A stretch of 64,000 nt of DNA from a virus (Duplodnaviria > Caudoviricetes), in IMG/VR virus record IMGVR_UViG_2914081374_000001, positions 1,842 through 65,841 of that record; one strand, given 5' to 3'. The position numbers and the translations under genes were made by a program. Shown piece after piece: positions 49,812 to 58,284 of the stretch; positions within the stretch are counted from its first letter, which is position 1, and each line of letters begins with the position of its first letter. Below the pieces are notes generated by a model that saw only the letters and a list, made by a program, of their open reading frames with translations, did no database searches and was not told the DNA's origin.

Positions 49812-50388
49812 TTTTTGTTACCTCGAAATATTGCATTGGTCCGGTGTGGTAAGAGCGCACTTTCCCGACTTCTTCCAACCTGGAAGCTACGCTTTTGATG
49901 TTGCCTGGGTTTTTGCCCAACTTGAGCCTCATCTGCTCAATACTCAGGCATTGGTAGATGCCTAATATTTCCAGAATCTGCTCACTGAAGCACTTCCCTT
50001 CTAATTTAGGAACTTTGCTGTCGTCGCCTGGTAGCGCCCACCAACTAGAGCCTCCGGGTCTGCCGCCAAAGCGAGACACTTTTCCTTCTTGTAATAAAAA
50101 GCACATTTGCTTCAGGCTTTTATCACGGTAGGTTTTGAGGTGGCGACTCACCTCGGCAGTGGTCGCTGGACCACCTGATAGCAAATCGAGGATAGCTTTC
50201 TCATCTTCTGGGCTAAGCAGGGGCGTAGGTTGAAGCTGTGTTGACGAGACAATTGCGAACCCTTTCTGGGCTATGCATTGGGCGCACACTGGCTCTCCCT
50301 GGTAAAAGGTTTTGGGAATCAAAAATTCGCCACAGAATTGACAGTCTTGTGCTTGAGTGCCTGGGTATGCGTAAAGTTGGGTAGTCAT
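49798..50388 (-). CDS. Zn-finger plus winged-helix protein
   Basis: CQFC...CAQC and two wHTH-like segments. Confidence 0.6.
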   Translation of the reverse strand: MTTQLYAYPGTQAQDCQFCGEFLIPKTFYQGEPVCAQCIAQKGFAIVSSTQLQPTPLLSPEDEKAILDLLSGGPATTAEVSRHLKTYRDKSLKQMCFLLQEGKVSRFGGRPGGSSWWALPGDDSKVPKLEGKCFSEQILEILGIYQCLSIEQMRLKLGKNPGNIKSVASRLEEVGKVRSYHTGPMQYFEVTKNANA

Positions 50389-51824
50389 GCTGCTTTGTGA
50401 GTTATTTGTTGCTTTAAACCTTGATAGATGGCTTCTATCTGTGTGCTAGTGAAGTCCGGACCGCACGAGCGCATTACCTCACTTAGTTGCTTGGGTGATA
50501 GCCGCAGTAGCGCGATCGCTACCTCAGTCACCAACGCATCACCAGTGGTTTTGAAGTTGATAGCACTCGCTTGAATTGGTTCGCTCGGAGCGGTACCTTC
50601 GTTTCGCTGTTTGTCGGGAAGAACCTGTTCGCCACTCCCAAGCCCTAGCTCCTGCTGTTTTTTCCGGATCTCCTCCTTAACTGAGGTGGATTTGTCTGTT
50701 GGAATGGAGGGCTGCTCCAAGGGGCGCATTTGATTGAAAGGGATTTGGTCGCGTTTGGATTCAGGACTTCCGTCGATGTGCGTTATAGCGCACATACTTA
50801 AAACAACCATAACAGTAGCCTCCTTCCCAGAATGCTCACCCCCGGTGACTTTTATCCTTTCCAGTTCTTTGGGTATCCATTTCTCCGACTGCGCGGGTTT
50901 GTGTTTTGTTGACGTTGGCTTTGGTTCCTCCTTTTCCTTAACTAGCTTATATGCCGCATCCACGCCTCTGGGCTTGGATAGCAGCTCCTTGAGTTGGCGA
51001 TGGCGATCGCCTCTTACTGTCCCCGGCGCAGCGTCCCTGGAATCATCCATCTCCTTCACCGCCGCTGAGGCGTGTTCGTAAGTCTTGCCGGAGCCTAGCC
51101 CGACTCTTTTGGCGACAATATCGCGCACTGCACCCCCTGGAGAATTTTCCATAGGAGCAGTCGAGCCTTTGAGCATCCGCGCCTTGGCTTCTTCTCGCTC
51201 AATCTCCTCCCAGAGCCACCCCTCGCGGACTTTTTGCTCAATTGTCTTTTCCCTCTGGATATTGCCGGCGAGGAGGAATTTTAGTTCCTCTGCCTCTGAA
51301 GTAAAAACCTTTACTTCGCAGGGAACCTGCTTTATTCCCAATTTTTGGGAGACTTTATACCTGCTATTTCCGCTAACTATACGGTATCTTTCACCGTCAA
51401 AGGTAACAATTAATGGTTCAATCCAATTCGTTTTTTGAATTGATTTTTCTAGTTCGTTTAAGTCCTCACTTTCCCCGTAGATAGAGCTATTTATAGGGTG
51501 AATGTATAGTAATGAACTCGGAACTAGCTGTAATAATTGCCTGTCATCGGTAGACTGCTTGACAGCAACTAGCACACTAGTTTGTCCTAGCCTGCGTGAT
51601 GCTTCCAGGGCGTCGATGCCATCAATTAATACCTTGTCACTGGTAATTATTATTTTGGGTATTATCCCATCCTTGTTGAATTCGGTAATTATTTTTTTTA
51701 CATTACCTTCATCAGCACTTAAATGAAATGGGATGCTGATATTTTTAATATCACAAAAATTTATGTCTAAAGAGGTACTGGAAGTGTTGTTTGTACTACT
51801 TTCAAAACAAATTGTTTGTGTCAT
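50385..51824 (-). CDS. ParB/Srx-domain protein with HTH
   Basis: Two ParB-N-like segments (VLIDG; IHP.N..IYG...PL.V...IVSGNSRY) and HTH VAKRVGLGSGKTYE. Confidence 0.8.
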   Translation of the reverse strand: MTQTICFESSTNNTSSTSLDINFCDIKNISIPFHLSADEGNVKKIITEFNKDGIIPKIIITSDKVLIDGIDALEASRRLGQTSVLVAVKQSTDDRQLLQLVPSSLLYIHPINSSIYGESEDLNELEKSIQKTNWIEPLIVTFDGERYRIVSGNSRYKVSQKLGIKQVPCEVKVFTSEAEELKFLLAGNIQREKTIEQKVREGWLWEEIEREEAKARMLKGSTAPMENSPGGAVRDIVAKRVGLGSGKTYEHASAAVKEMDDSRDAAPGTVRGDRHRQLKELLSKPRGVDAAYKLVKEKEEPKPTSTKHKPAQSEKWIPKELERIKVTGGEHSGKEATVMVVLSMCAITHIDGSPESKRDQIPFNQMRPLEQPSIPTDKSTSVKEEIRKKQQELGLGSGEQVLPDKQRNEGTAPSEPIQASAINFKTTGDALVTEVAIALLRLSPKQLSEVMRSCGPDFTSTQIEAIYQGLKQQITHKAA

Positions 51825-51914
51825 AATTAAGCTCTATTTGTGAATTCTAGAATTCTTTTTCGATACTCGTGCGTCGTTGGTTCGACGCAATTTTTTTTGG
51901 TAGATTCCGTAGCA

Positions 51915-52187
51915 TCATGCCGCCTTTGGAGGGCGTCCCCGTTTGCGAGTATTGCGTTTGGCGGGAGACTCATGAAGGCGCAGAGAACACAGGTGGGGGT
52001 TCACTCTGTAAGTTGGGCGGTTGCTTTGGGGCATTCGGGCATCGATCACCTCGATGCCCAACCGAAAGAAGTTCTTTCTAATCGCGTATCGGATATGCTC
52101 AACGTTTCCGTAGCCGAGTTGCACCATGAATGGCATGGCGTCGGATATGCCTAAAAAAGAATTTGGTAGATCTGGTAGTTCAGGCAT
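51915..52187 (-). CDS. Small DNA-binding (excisionase-like) protein
   Basis: Basic protein; IR...FRLG.EVID.R...PTYRVN. Confidence 0.5.
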   Translation of the reverse strand: MPELPDLPNSFLGISDAMPFMVQLGYGNVEHIRYAIRKNFFRLGIEVIDARMPQSNRPTYRVNPHLCSLRLHESPAKRNTRKRGRPPKAA

Positions 52188-52189
52188 CT

Positions 52190-52435
52190 CTATGCGGTTT
52201 TCTTGGTTTGCAAGTGTTCTTTAGGCGATCGCATAGCCGAAAGCAACTCTTCTGGAGAAATGCCATTCCATTGGTCGTCGAGAATTTGCTGGTTGTAGGA
52301 ACAAATCGCTCTGTGAACGAATTCAGCAAGGCTGATACCCAAACAAGAAGCCAATATGTTCGCACAATTACGCTGTTCGTAGGTTGTGCAAAAAGAAGTT
52401 TGCAAAGGGCGGTTTTTGTTGCGTATGCGACTCAT
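52190..52435 (-). CDS. Small RHH/Cro-like regulator
   Basis: LA..LGISLAEFVHRAI; divergent from repressor. Confidence 0.5.
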   Translation of the reverse strand: MSRIRNKNRPLQTSFCTTYEQRNCANILASCLGISLAEFVHRAICSYNQQILDDQWNGISPEELLSAMRSPKEHLQTKKTA

Positions 52436-52564
52436 TTGTCAAAGGTGTCGATACAGGTTATACAAAGAATATCTTGTAACGAGTACTTTGACAAGTAATA
52501 ACTGACTCGTTCCAGCGACTTTCCGTAGTTGACACGTTCCATGAAACAGACGGTTCATGGAACT

Positions 52565-52930
52565 ATGAGCCGAACTTTATATACTTTAGAAGGTTTACAA
52601 AAATTAGCAGAAATCGTCAATCAAGCGCGAGGACATATGAGTTACCGCGATTTTGGCGACAAAATCGATATTAGCCATACCACTTTGCGGCGAATAGCCC
52701 AGCTAGAAGTGAAAGAACCAGAAATTTCTACGCTAGCCAAACTCGCTCCTCATACTCCTTACAGCCTTGAAGAACTGATTGCTATTTGCCAAAGCTCCAA
52801 TGCCCCCACGCGTGTGCGAACTTACAAAACAGCAGAAGATGTACTACCCGCTGTGGAGGAATTACCGCCCACCGAGGCGGCAAGGCTAGCGCAAATGATT
52901 ATAGCTCGATTGGCAGGGCTAAAAACCTGA
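52565..52930 (+). CDS. XRE-family HTH repressor (CI-like)
   Basis: MSYRDFGDKIDISHTTLRRI...PEISTLAKLA. Confidence 0.8.
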   Translation: MSRTLYTLEGLQKLAEIVNQARGHMSYRDFGDKIDISHTTLRRIAQLEVKEPEISTLAKLAPHTPYSLEELIAICQSSNAPTRVRTYKTAEDVLPAVEELPPTEAARLAQMIIARLAGLKT

Positions 52931-53116
52931 TACTAGAGCTTCTCGTGTCGCCTCTTCTAGTAAATTAGTAATCCGGGTGCAGTCGCAAGGTTTTTCGCTT
53001 CGCTTGCATCTCTCGTGCGCCAGATCTGTTAATCTATCCAGTACCTCGGCGAGTCCGTGTTCTTCGATACAGATATCTAGCTGCTCTTTAAGCGTTTTGG
53101 GTCCTACGATTTCCAC
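52919..53116 (-). CDS. Hypothetical protein
   Basis: Short helical ORF. Confidence 0.45.
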   Translation of the reverse strand: MEIVGPKTLKEQLDICIEEHGLAEVLDRLTDLAHERCKRSEKPCDCTRITNLLEEATREALVSGF

Positions 53117-53328
53117 TATCTGCTGCTTCCTGACGATCTTTTTTTTCTTAAATGCGCACCCTTAAAAGAATAATGCTACAAGCATGTAATTGCTTGTTGT
53201 TTCAATGACTACAGTTGAAACACGACTTGTCTTGACGTTAATTTTTTCAAAAAGTAGTTAAGAAAGTATAAGCCTGAGGATAGGCTTTCAAGTGAAGATC
53301 GGTAAAATTACATCTAAGTTAAGTGTTT

Positions 53329-54012
53329 TTATGGCTCTCCTTTGAGATGCGGACGAAAAGTCAAATTGATGCGCTGCCCAACGGGTTTTTTCGTCTTGGG
53401 AACTTGATGCACCCAGCCCTCTTGGCAACCCGGATGCATGATTAGTAGCGAACCGTGTTCGAGCCAGTAGTGAGTTGCTTCTGGGCGATCGCGTTGTGGA
53501 TTCCCCTGATTCCACATGTGGGAGTTTTCGATATGCAGTTCGGTTTTTCTGGTTCTGTACTCGCTTTTGACTTTTTGGCGGATGGAAAACTTGCGTGTTG
53601 CACCAAGAGTGACGGAGGCGATCGCTGGATTGAGTCCCATTGAAGGTTCTGAATCGGAGTGCCAACCGATTGAGTCCTGTCCATCGCGATACAGGTTCCC
53701 GATGACGATGTGGAATTTATACCCGGTGAGCGATTCAATAAACTCTTTGAGAAACTGAAGCTCCTCGGTCCAGGGCTTGGGCGAAAGATGAACCGAGCCG
53801 GAGTACAGGTAGTCGCAACCCGGATCGCCGTAAATTGTTTCCTTCCTGGGGACGAGTAAAGTTTTGTCCAGCATTTTGATTTGGTTTTGCTGCCAGTCCA
53901 GATTCAAGCAATGCTCTAGCAACGCGTCGGCCCTCTGTTGGGAGAGGAAGTTCGCCATGTAAGTCACGGGCGGCTCGTCACGGCTGGTTTTGAATAGTGT
54001 TAGTTGTCGCAT
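53329..54012 (-). CDS. AlkB-family 2OG-Fe(II) dioxygenase
   Basis: NLYRDGQDSIGWHSD, HQVPK, RINLTFR. Confidence 0.93.
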   Translation of the reverse strand: MRQLTLFKTSRDEPPVTYMANFLSQQRADALLEHCLNLDWQQNQIKMLDKTLLVPRKETIYGDPGCDYLYSGSVHLSPKPWTEELQFLKEFIESLTGYKFHIVIGNLYRDGQDSIGWHSDSEPSMGLNPAIASVTLGATRKFSIRQKVKSEYRTRKTELHIENSHMWNQGNPQRDRPEATHYWLEHGSLLIMHPGCQEGWVHQVPKTKKPVGQRINLTFRPHLKGEP

Positions 54013-54185
54013 ATCACCTGCTCTACTGAATTAATCAGTTGTTTTGCCAGTTCTAGCCAACGTTTTGTCCGTGGATTAGAACTGGTGTGGATGGTATTCG
54101 GATTTACCTCGAATCCCTCGTATTGAGCAAGAATCGTTACCAGTTCTCGCTCTAATTCGTGGCGTTGAATGGCTGAAATTTTCAT
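54000..54185 (-). CDS. Hypothetical protein
   Basis: Overlaps AlkB start. Confidence 0.5.
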   Translation of the reverse strand: MKISAIQRHELERELVTILAQYEGFEVNPNTIHTSSNPRTKRWLELAKQLINSVEQVICDN

Positions 54186-54221
54186 TGCTTATCTGTGATT
54201 TTGTGTGAATTTTTGGGCGTC

Positions 54222-54330
54222 TTGACGCCTCCCCACCGTAAACGGTCGGGGATTCTTTTCGTACTAGGCAAGACCTGGTAGAGGACGCTTACTCGCGCCG
54301 TTCCAAATCCGCAATCTAGCTGGGGTCGCC
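54222..54330 (-). ncRNA. IS200/IS605 right end / TnpB omega-RNA 3' scaffold (5' limit approximate)
   Basis: GAATCCCCGACCGTTTACGGTGGGGAGGCGTCAA hairpin ending TCAA at 54222. Confidence 0.7.
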
Positions 54331-55589
54331 AAAGACCCCCTAGACACTCCGTCAAGAACGAGTCCCAACGTTGTGCTTACTTTACGTAGGCAATTAGCAG
54401 CCCCGTTGCAATCCGCGTTAATGTACCAGTTCAATCCGGTACGGAACAAGCCTCGCTTCACTCTTTTGCCAGATGGTTTGTAGCCTATGGGTTTTTCACC
54501 ATGTTTCGGCAACTCATCTCCATCAACGAATGATGACTTGGACGTGTACGCCTCCTCAGTTTCTACAAACTGGATACCATGCAAATCGCACATTTGTTTG
54601 ATGCGCTCTTTGAGTCTTCCAGTAGGAATTTGTACGAAAGATTGATTTCCTATTTTCCCCATTTCGGTGCGTTGTTTCTGACCTGGATTCCAACCAAAAA
54701 CAACTGTACTAATACCGTTTTCTAAACAATGGTCGATAACTAAGCGAGCAGCTTTATTTACTGCATCACGCATCTGACGATTACGCTTTTCTGTGATTTT
54801 AGCTAATCGGTTATTCCAGAAGTCCGCTTCCTTGCCCTCTTTAATAGTGGCGACTCGTTTGTTGTGCCACTGGTTGATTGACTTAATTTCTAATCCATCA
54901 ACGATGAATGAAGTACCAATATTTGACACGCATGTTAGCCAGTTATCACGTCCGTGGTCAATTCCCAGTGCTTTAGTCTTGTCTAAATTGATGGCTATTA
55001 ACGGTTGTTTTTTGTACGAGTAGACAGCATAAAATTCTCTGTTTCTGGGGATGATGGTTAGTTCGCAGATTTGTTCTGGTTGAATGCCGAACGGGCAAGG
55101 GAGGTAGAGGTATTGAACGCCTTCTAATGCTGTAAGCTCTTGCCCTAGAGGGACACGCACAAACGGACTATCTAGTTCAAAAGTTAAAGCTTGAGCAGGA
55201 TAGGAAACTTGAAACAACCCTCCTTTTTTACGGTATTTGGGTGGTCTTGGTTCCCCATTCATATGCGGCAATTCCCCTTTACGCCACATGAGCAGTAGTT
55301 CTTTAAAACTCTTAAAGCCTTCTGCCACAGATTTCAAGGTTTGTTGCGCAACTTGCGAATATAGTAGCTTGTAGTTTTGCTCATCTTTTAAATCGCCAGC
55401 CAATTGCTCGTAAGAAACGTTTGGTGAAAAGCTTGTAGGATGAGTTAGTTCGTGATTCTTGTGGGTGTAGTAAATAGCTTGATTCCAAAGACTATTTGAG
55501 CGCCGACAAATAAACTCTAAAATATTTGTCTCGAACTCTGGCAGATTAATTCTGATTAATTGAGTTTGAATGATATCTGTCAACAGCAA
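54264..55589 (-). CDS. tnpB: RNA-guided endonuclease TnpB (no tnpA)
   Basis: ALGIDHG..N, EEAYTSK, INAD.NGA.N; N-terminal LWNQAIY, SQVAQQTL. Confidence 0.92.
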   Translation of the reverse strand: MLLTDIIQTQLIRINLPEFETNILEFICRRSNSLWNQAIYYTHKNHELTHPTSFSPNVSYEQLAGDLKDEQNYKLLYSQVAQQTLKSVAEGFKSFKELLLMWRKGELPHMNGEPRPPKYRKKGGLFQVSYPAQALTFELDSPFVRVPLGQELTALEGVQYLYLPCPFGIQPEQICELTIIPRNREFYAVYSYKKQPLIAINLDKTKALGIDHGRDNWLTCVSNIGTSFIVDGLEIKSINQWHNKRVATIKEGKEADFWNNRLAKITEKRNRQMRDAVNKAARLVIDHCLENGISTVVFGWNPGQKQRTEMGKIGNQSFVQIPTGRLKERIKQMCDLHGIQFVETEEAYTSKSSFVDGDELPKHGEKPIGYKPSGKRVKRGLFRTGLNWYINADCNGAANCLRKVSTTLGLVLDGVSRGSLATPARLRIWNGASKRPLPGLA

Positions 55590-55620
55590 TTACCTCTTTT
55601 ATTGTTGATAATGTAACTTT

Positions 55621-55715
55621 CTTTGAGTATCTCCAGATCTGGGGCGACCTTTACGTAATGCCTTGCCCTTCGGCTCGGCTACCCAGTAGGTTTTTGTTTG
55701 CTCAAAGTCTATGTC
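55621..55715 (-). ncRNA. Putative structured RNA, copy 1
   Basis: Homologous to 56879-56974 with compensatory base changes. Confidence 0.55.
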
Positions 55716-55753
55716 TTGGTAATGTTCGGAGTGTTGATAACCGAACTCCGAAC

Positions 55754-56083
55754 TTAAGCGTTGAGAGCTTCTTCCATTGCTGAAATTTGTTGTTTCAGCA
55801 ATGCGATCTCCGCTTTGACTTCCGCTTCCTCCTCGTGTTTGGGTAACAGCTTAATATCTTCCTCCCTCACTGTCTCGGTTTCGGTATCCTGCCAGTCGGC
55901 AAGAACTTCGTACCGCCAGCCTGCGCCATCGGTATAACGGCGTCCCAAGGCTGAGAAGCCGGGGTGGTAAGTCATTCCCACAATCCACCCTTGCTGGGTG
56001 AGTCGCCCAAGGCGGTATTTGGGCGGTGTCCAACCGGGTGGGAGTGGGATGGATAGTTTGGTTTGTGGTAAATTGGTGAGCAT
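55754..56083 (-). CDS. DUF1392-like protein
   Basis: LPQTKLSIPLPPGW.PPKY..G.LTQQGWI.GM; start at MLTNLP. Confidence 0.7.
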   Translation of the reverse strand: MLTNLPQTKLSIPLPPGWTPPKYRLGRLTQQGWIVGMTYHPGFSALGRRYTDGAGWRYEVLADWQDTETETVREEDIKLLPKHEEEAEVKAEIALLKQQISAMEEALNA

Positions 56084-56392
56084 GATGTATTTTTTGTTTG
56101 CCTCCCGCGCTTGTTTGGTAATTCGCACGCGGGAGGTTTTTGATTTGGTTTTTGGGCTATGTCGCAAGAACTTGCCCCAAAGTCGGAGGCTTGGGGTAAG
56201 CTGTGACGCAGATTGCTATTTTATTAGTATCACAATGTGTATACTTGTGGCAACAAGTTCTGACTTAACTTGTTGCCCTTAATAAAAGCCAAACCCGTCA
56301 GGTATCTGACGGGCTTTTTGGGGGTGCGGGAAGCGACTTCATCGCTTGCGCTATTTGTTTATGCAGCAGCCTGAGAGAATGGTTCTCCTCTC

Positions 56393-56646
56393 TCAGGCTG
56401 CTGATTTTTTTGTTACTTCATCTTCTAAGACGGCAATTTTACTTTTGAGATGCTCCAGATCGGCATACATCTGGGTTATGTCGGGTATGCGCTTTGGTTC
56501 TTGCGCAAGATACTCTCGCACCCACGCAAGAACTATTTCAGAAGCGTTTTTGCCCTCAGCATCAACTCTTGCCATGAACTCGTCTTTTGTTTGCTTGTCT
56601 ATTCTGACTACCAATCGGTCATCTTTTGAAAGTTCTTGTTTCGCCA
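56393..56646 (-). CDS. RHH (CopG-like) regulator
   Basis: RLVVRID...KDEF...GKNASEIV...VREYL. Confidence 0.75.
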
Positions 56647-56710
56647 TAGTGTTGCACAAATTGCTCCTAACTTATTCTGTCCGATTTTTTGTTATTTTAG
56701 TGCAACATTG

Positions 56711-56739
56711 TTGACACAAGGTATAACACGGTATAACAT
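56711..56739 (+). promoter_or_regulatory. Sigma70-type promoter overlapped by GGTATAACA direct repeats
   Basis: TTGACA-17 nt-TAACAT. Confidence 0.6.
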
Positions 56740-56780
56740 TGTGTTAACAGGCAAAACAAAGGCGATCGCCACTGCCTAGA

Positions 56781-56853
56781 ACTCAACTCGAAACCCTCAA
56801 GCGCAACCAACTCTGGGAAATTTGCTCCGAATTGGGTCTGCCCAAGCACGCAG
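56781..56853 (+). pseudogene. Truncated duplicate of the 5' end of gene 58285
   Basis: 47-nt identity between 56781-56827 and 58306-58352, then decaying similarity. Confidence 0.75.
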
Positions 56854-56878
56854 ATAACGCAAAGTAAACTTATTTATT

Positions 56879-56974
56879 GACCTTGAGTATCTCCAGAACC
56901 GAGGCGGCATTTACGTAATGCTTTGACGAACGTCGCAGCTACTCAGCAGGTTTTTGTTGCTCAAGGTCTATGTC
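56879..56974 (-). ncRNA. Putative structured RNA, copy 2
   Basis: GACCTTGAG...CTCAAGGTC closing stem; inner stems covary with copy 1. Confidence 0.55.
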
Positions 56975-57043
56975 CGAAGATGGCAGTTTAGGGCTGCTTT
57001 CTTTTCGGGGTGATTTGTGTGGGAAATAGCGCACCACCCCCAG

Positions 57044-57367
57044 TTAAAGTGCGTGTGCTATGTCCTCGATTTGACGTTGTAGCAGATTGATTTCTGCTTG
57101 GAGTTCGGCTTTAGCTTCTTCATCCTCGTAAAGCCGGACACTGGATTCTGAGATAATCTCGGTATCTGTTTCCAGCCAGCTACGAATAACCTCGTACTGC
57201 CAACCGGAATTCCGATATGAGTATCCGAGGGCAGAGTACTCTGGGTAAAACCGCATCCCAATAATCCAACCTTGCTGGGTTAACTGCCCAAATTGGTATT
57301 TCGGCGGCGCCCAGTTGGGTGGGAGTGGGATGGATAGTTTGGTTTGTGGTAAGTTGTGAGTAATCAT
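57044..57367 (-). CDS. DUF1392-like protein
   Basis: Close paralog of 55754..56083. Confidence 0.7.
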   Translation of the reverse strand: MITHNLPQTKLSIPLPPNWAPPKYQFGQLTQQGWIIGMRFYPEYSALGYSYRNSGWQYEVIRSWLETDTEIISESSVRLYEDEEAKAELQAEINLLQRQIEDIAHAL

Positions 57368-57681
57368 CTTGGTTTTTGGTGATTAACCGGAGTGTGTTCG
57401 CTGATAACTCGCACACTCCGGTTTTTGATTTGGAGGGCGATCGCGCAACCTATCGCAGGCGCTTTTACCTATCGCAGGTCACTAGCTGTGCGATCGCTCT
57501 GCAATGAAAATGCGATGACACCTATCGCCATCGCACTTAAAAGCTTAACACCGGACTAGCAAAAAATCAAGAAAATTATCTAGAATAAACTCACACGTAT
57601 TAAAAACGCTTCACCCCCTGTCAAGAGGGGGTGAAGTTTTCATTATTTTAAGCATGTTCTCGACTTGGGAGGACATTGCTT

Positions 57682-57996
57682 CTAGCTGGCTTTTAAGCTG
57701 CTTATTCTCTGTTGCCAGTCCGGTTGTAACTCCCCCACGACTTGCTTTAAATCCTCTACTAGGGACATATCCTTTTTCAGTCTTTCCACATCTTCGAGTA
57801 GCTTTGCGATGTCGATTACGTTGCTGGTGATCACCATTTCCCCCACATAATCCCTCATGTGGTTTTCAATGGCATCCGTAATTGAGATACCATCCTCCTT
57901 TAATTTTGCCTTGTACTTATCGTAGAGATCGGCATCTATCTTGATTCCCAGTTGTGCTGTTCGCCCTTGCACTTCGGGTTTTTTGCTTGCAGGCAT
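57682..57996 (-). CDS. RHH-like regulator
   Basis: QLGIKID..LY..YK.KL..DGISITDAIE.HMRDY. Confidence 0.7.
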   Translation of the reverse strand: MPASKKPEVQGRTAQLGIKIDADLYDKYKAKLKEDGISITDAIENHMRDYVGEMVITSNVIDIAKLLEDVERLKKDMSLVEDLKQVVGELQPDWQQRISSLKAS

Positions 57997-58090
57997 ATTT
58001 TTTTACTTGTTCTATCAACAATATACTCTTTGTCCAGATTGATGTCTGTAAAGCCTATTGTACATAGATTTAAAAATATTGATTTTAATA

Positions 58091-58120
58091 TTGACAAAAA
58101 TCTAGAATAATTGCTAGATT
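58091..58120 (+). promoter_or_regulatory. Sigma70-type promoter
   Basis: TTGACA-18 nt-TAGATT in AT-rich divergent intergenic region. Confidence 0.55.
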
Positions 58121-58284
58121 AGATTCAAGAAACAAAAACAAGTAGCGTAAAGCCTTTGATCGCAGCGCAAGCGTAAGTCGAGATGCTGAGCCTAAACTAC
58201 TACCCAAAAACAAGAAGGCGTCCCCTCCGACCAAGAAGCAAGACACCTTCCGTGAACCCTAACCAATAAATAGGATCTAAACCC

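Noticed and set aside
55621-55715. tRNA-like D-arm (GTAGCCGAG...AAGGCA)
   Set aside because: No T-arm GTTCRA, acceptor stem or CCA; not called a tRNA
58142-58200. Possible riboswitch-like leader GTAG...CTAC upstream of 58285
   Set aside because: Single copy with no recognisable consensus
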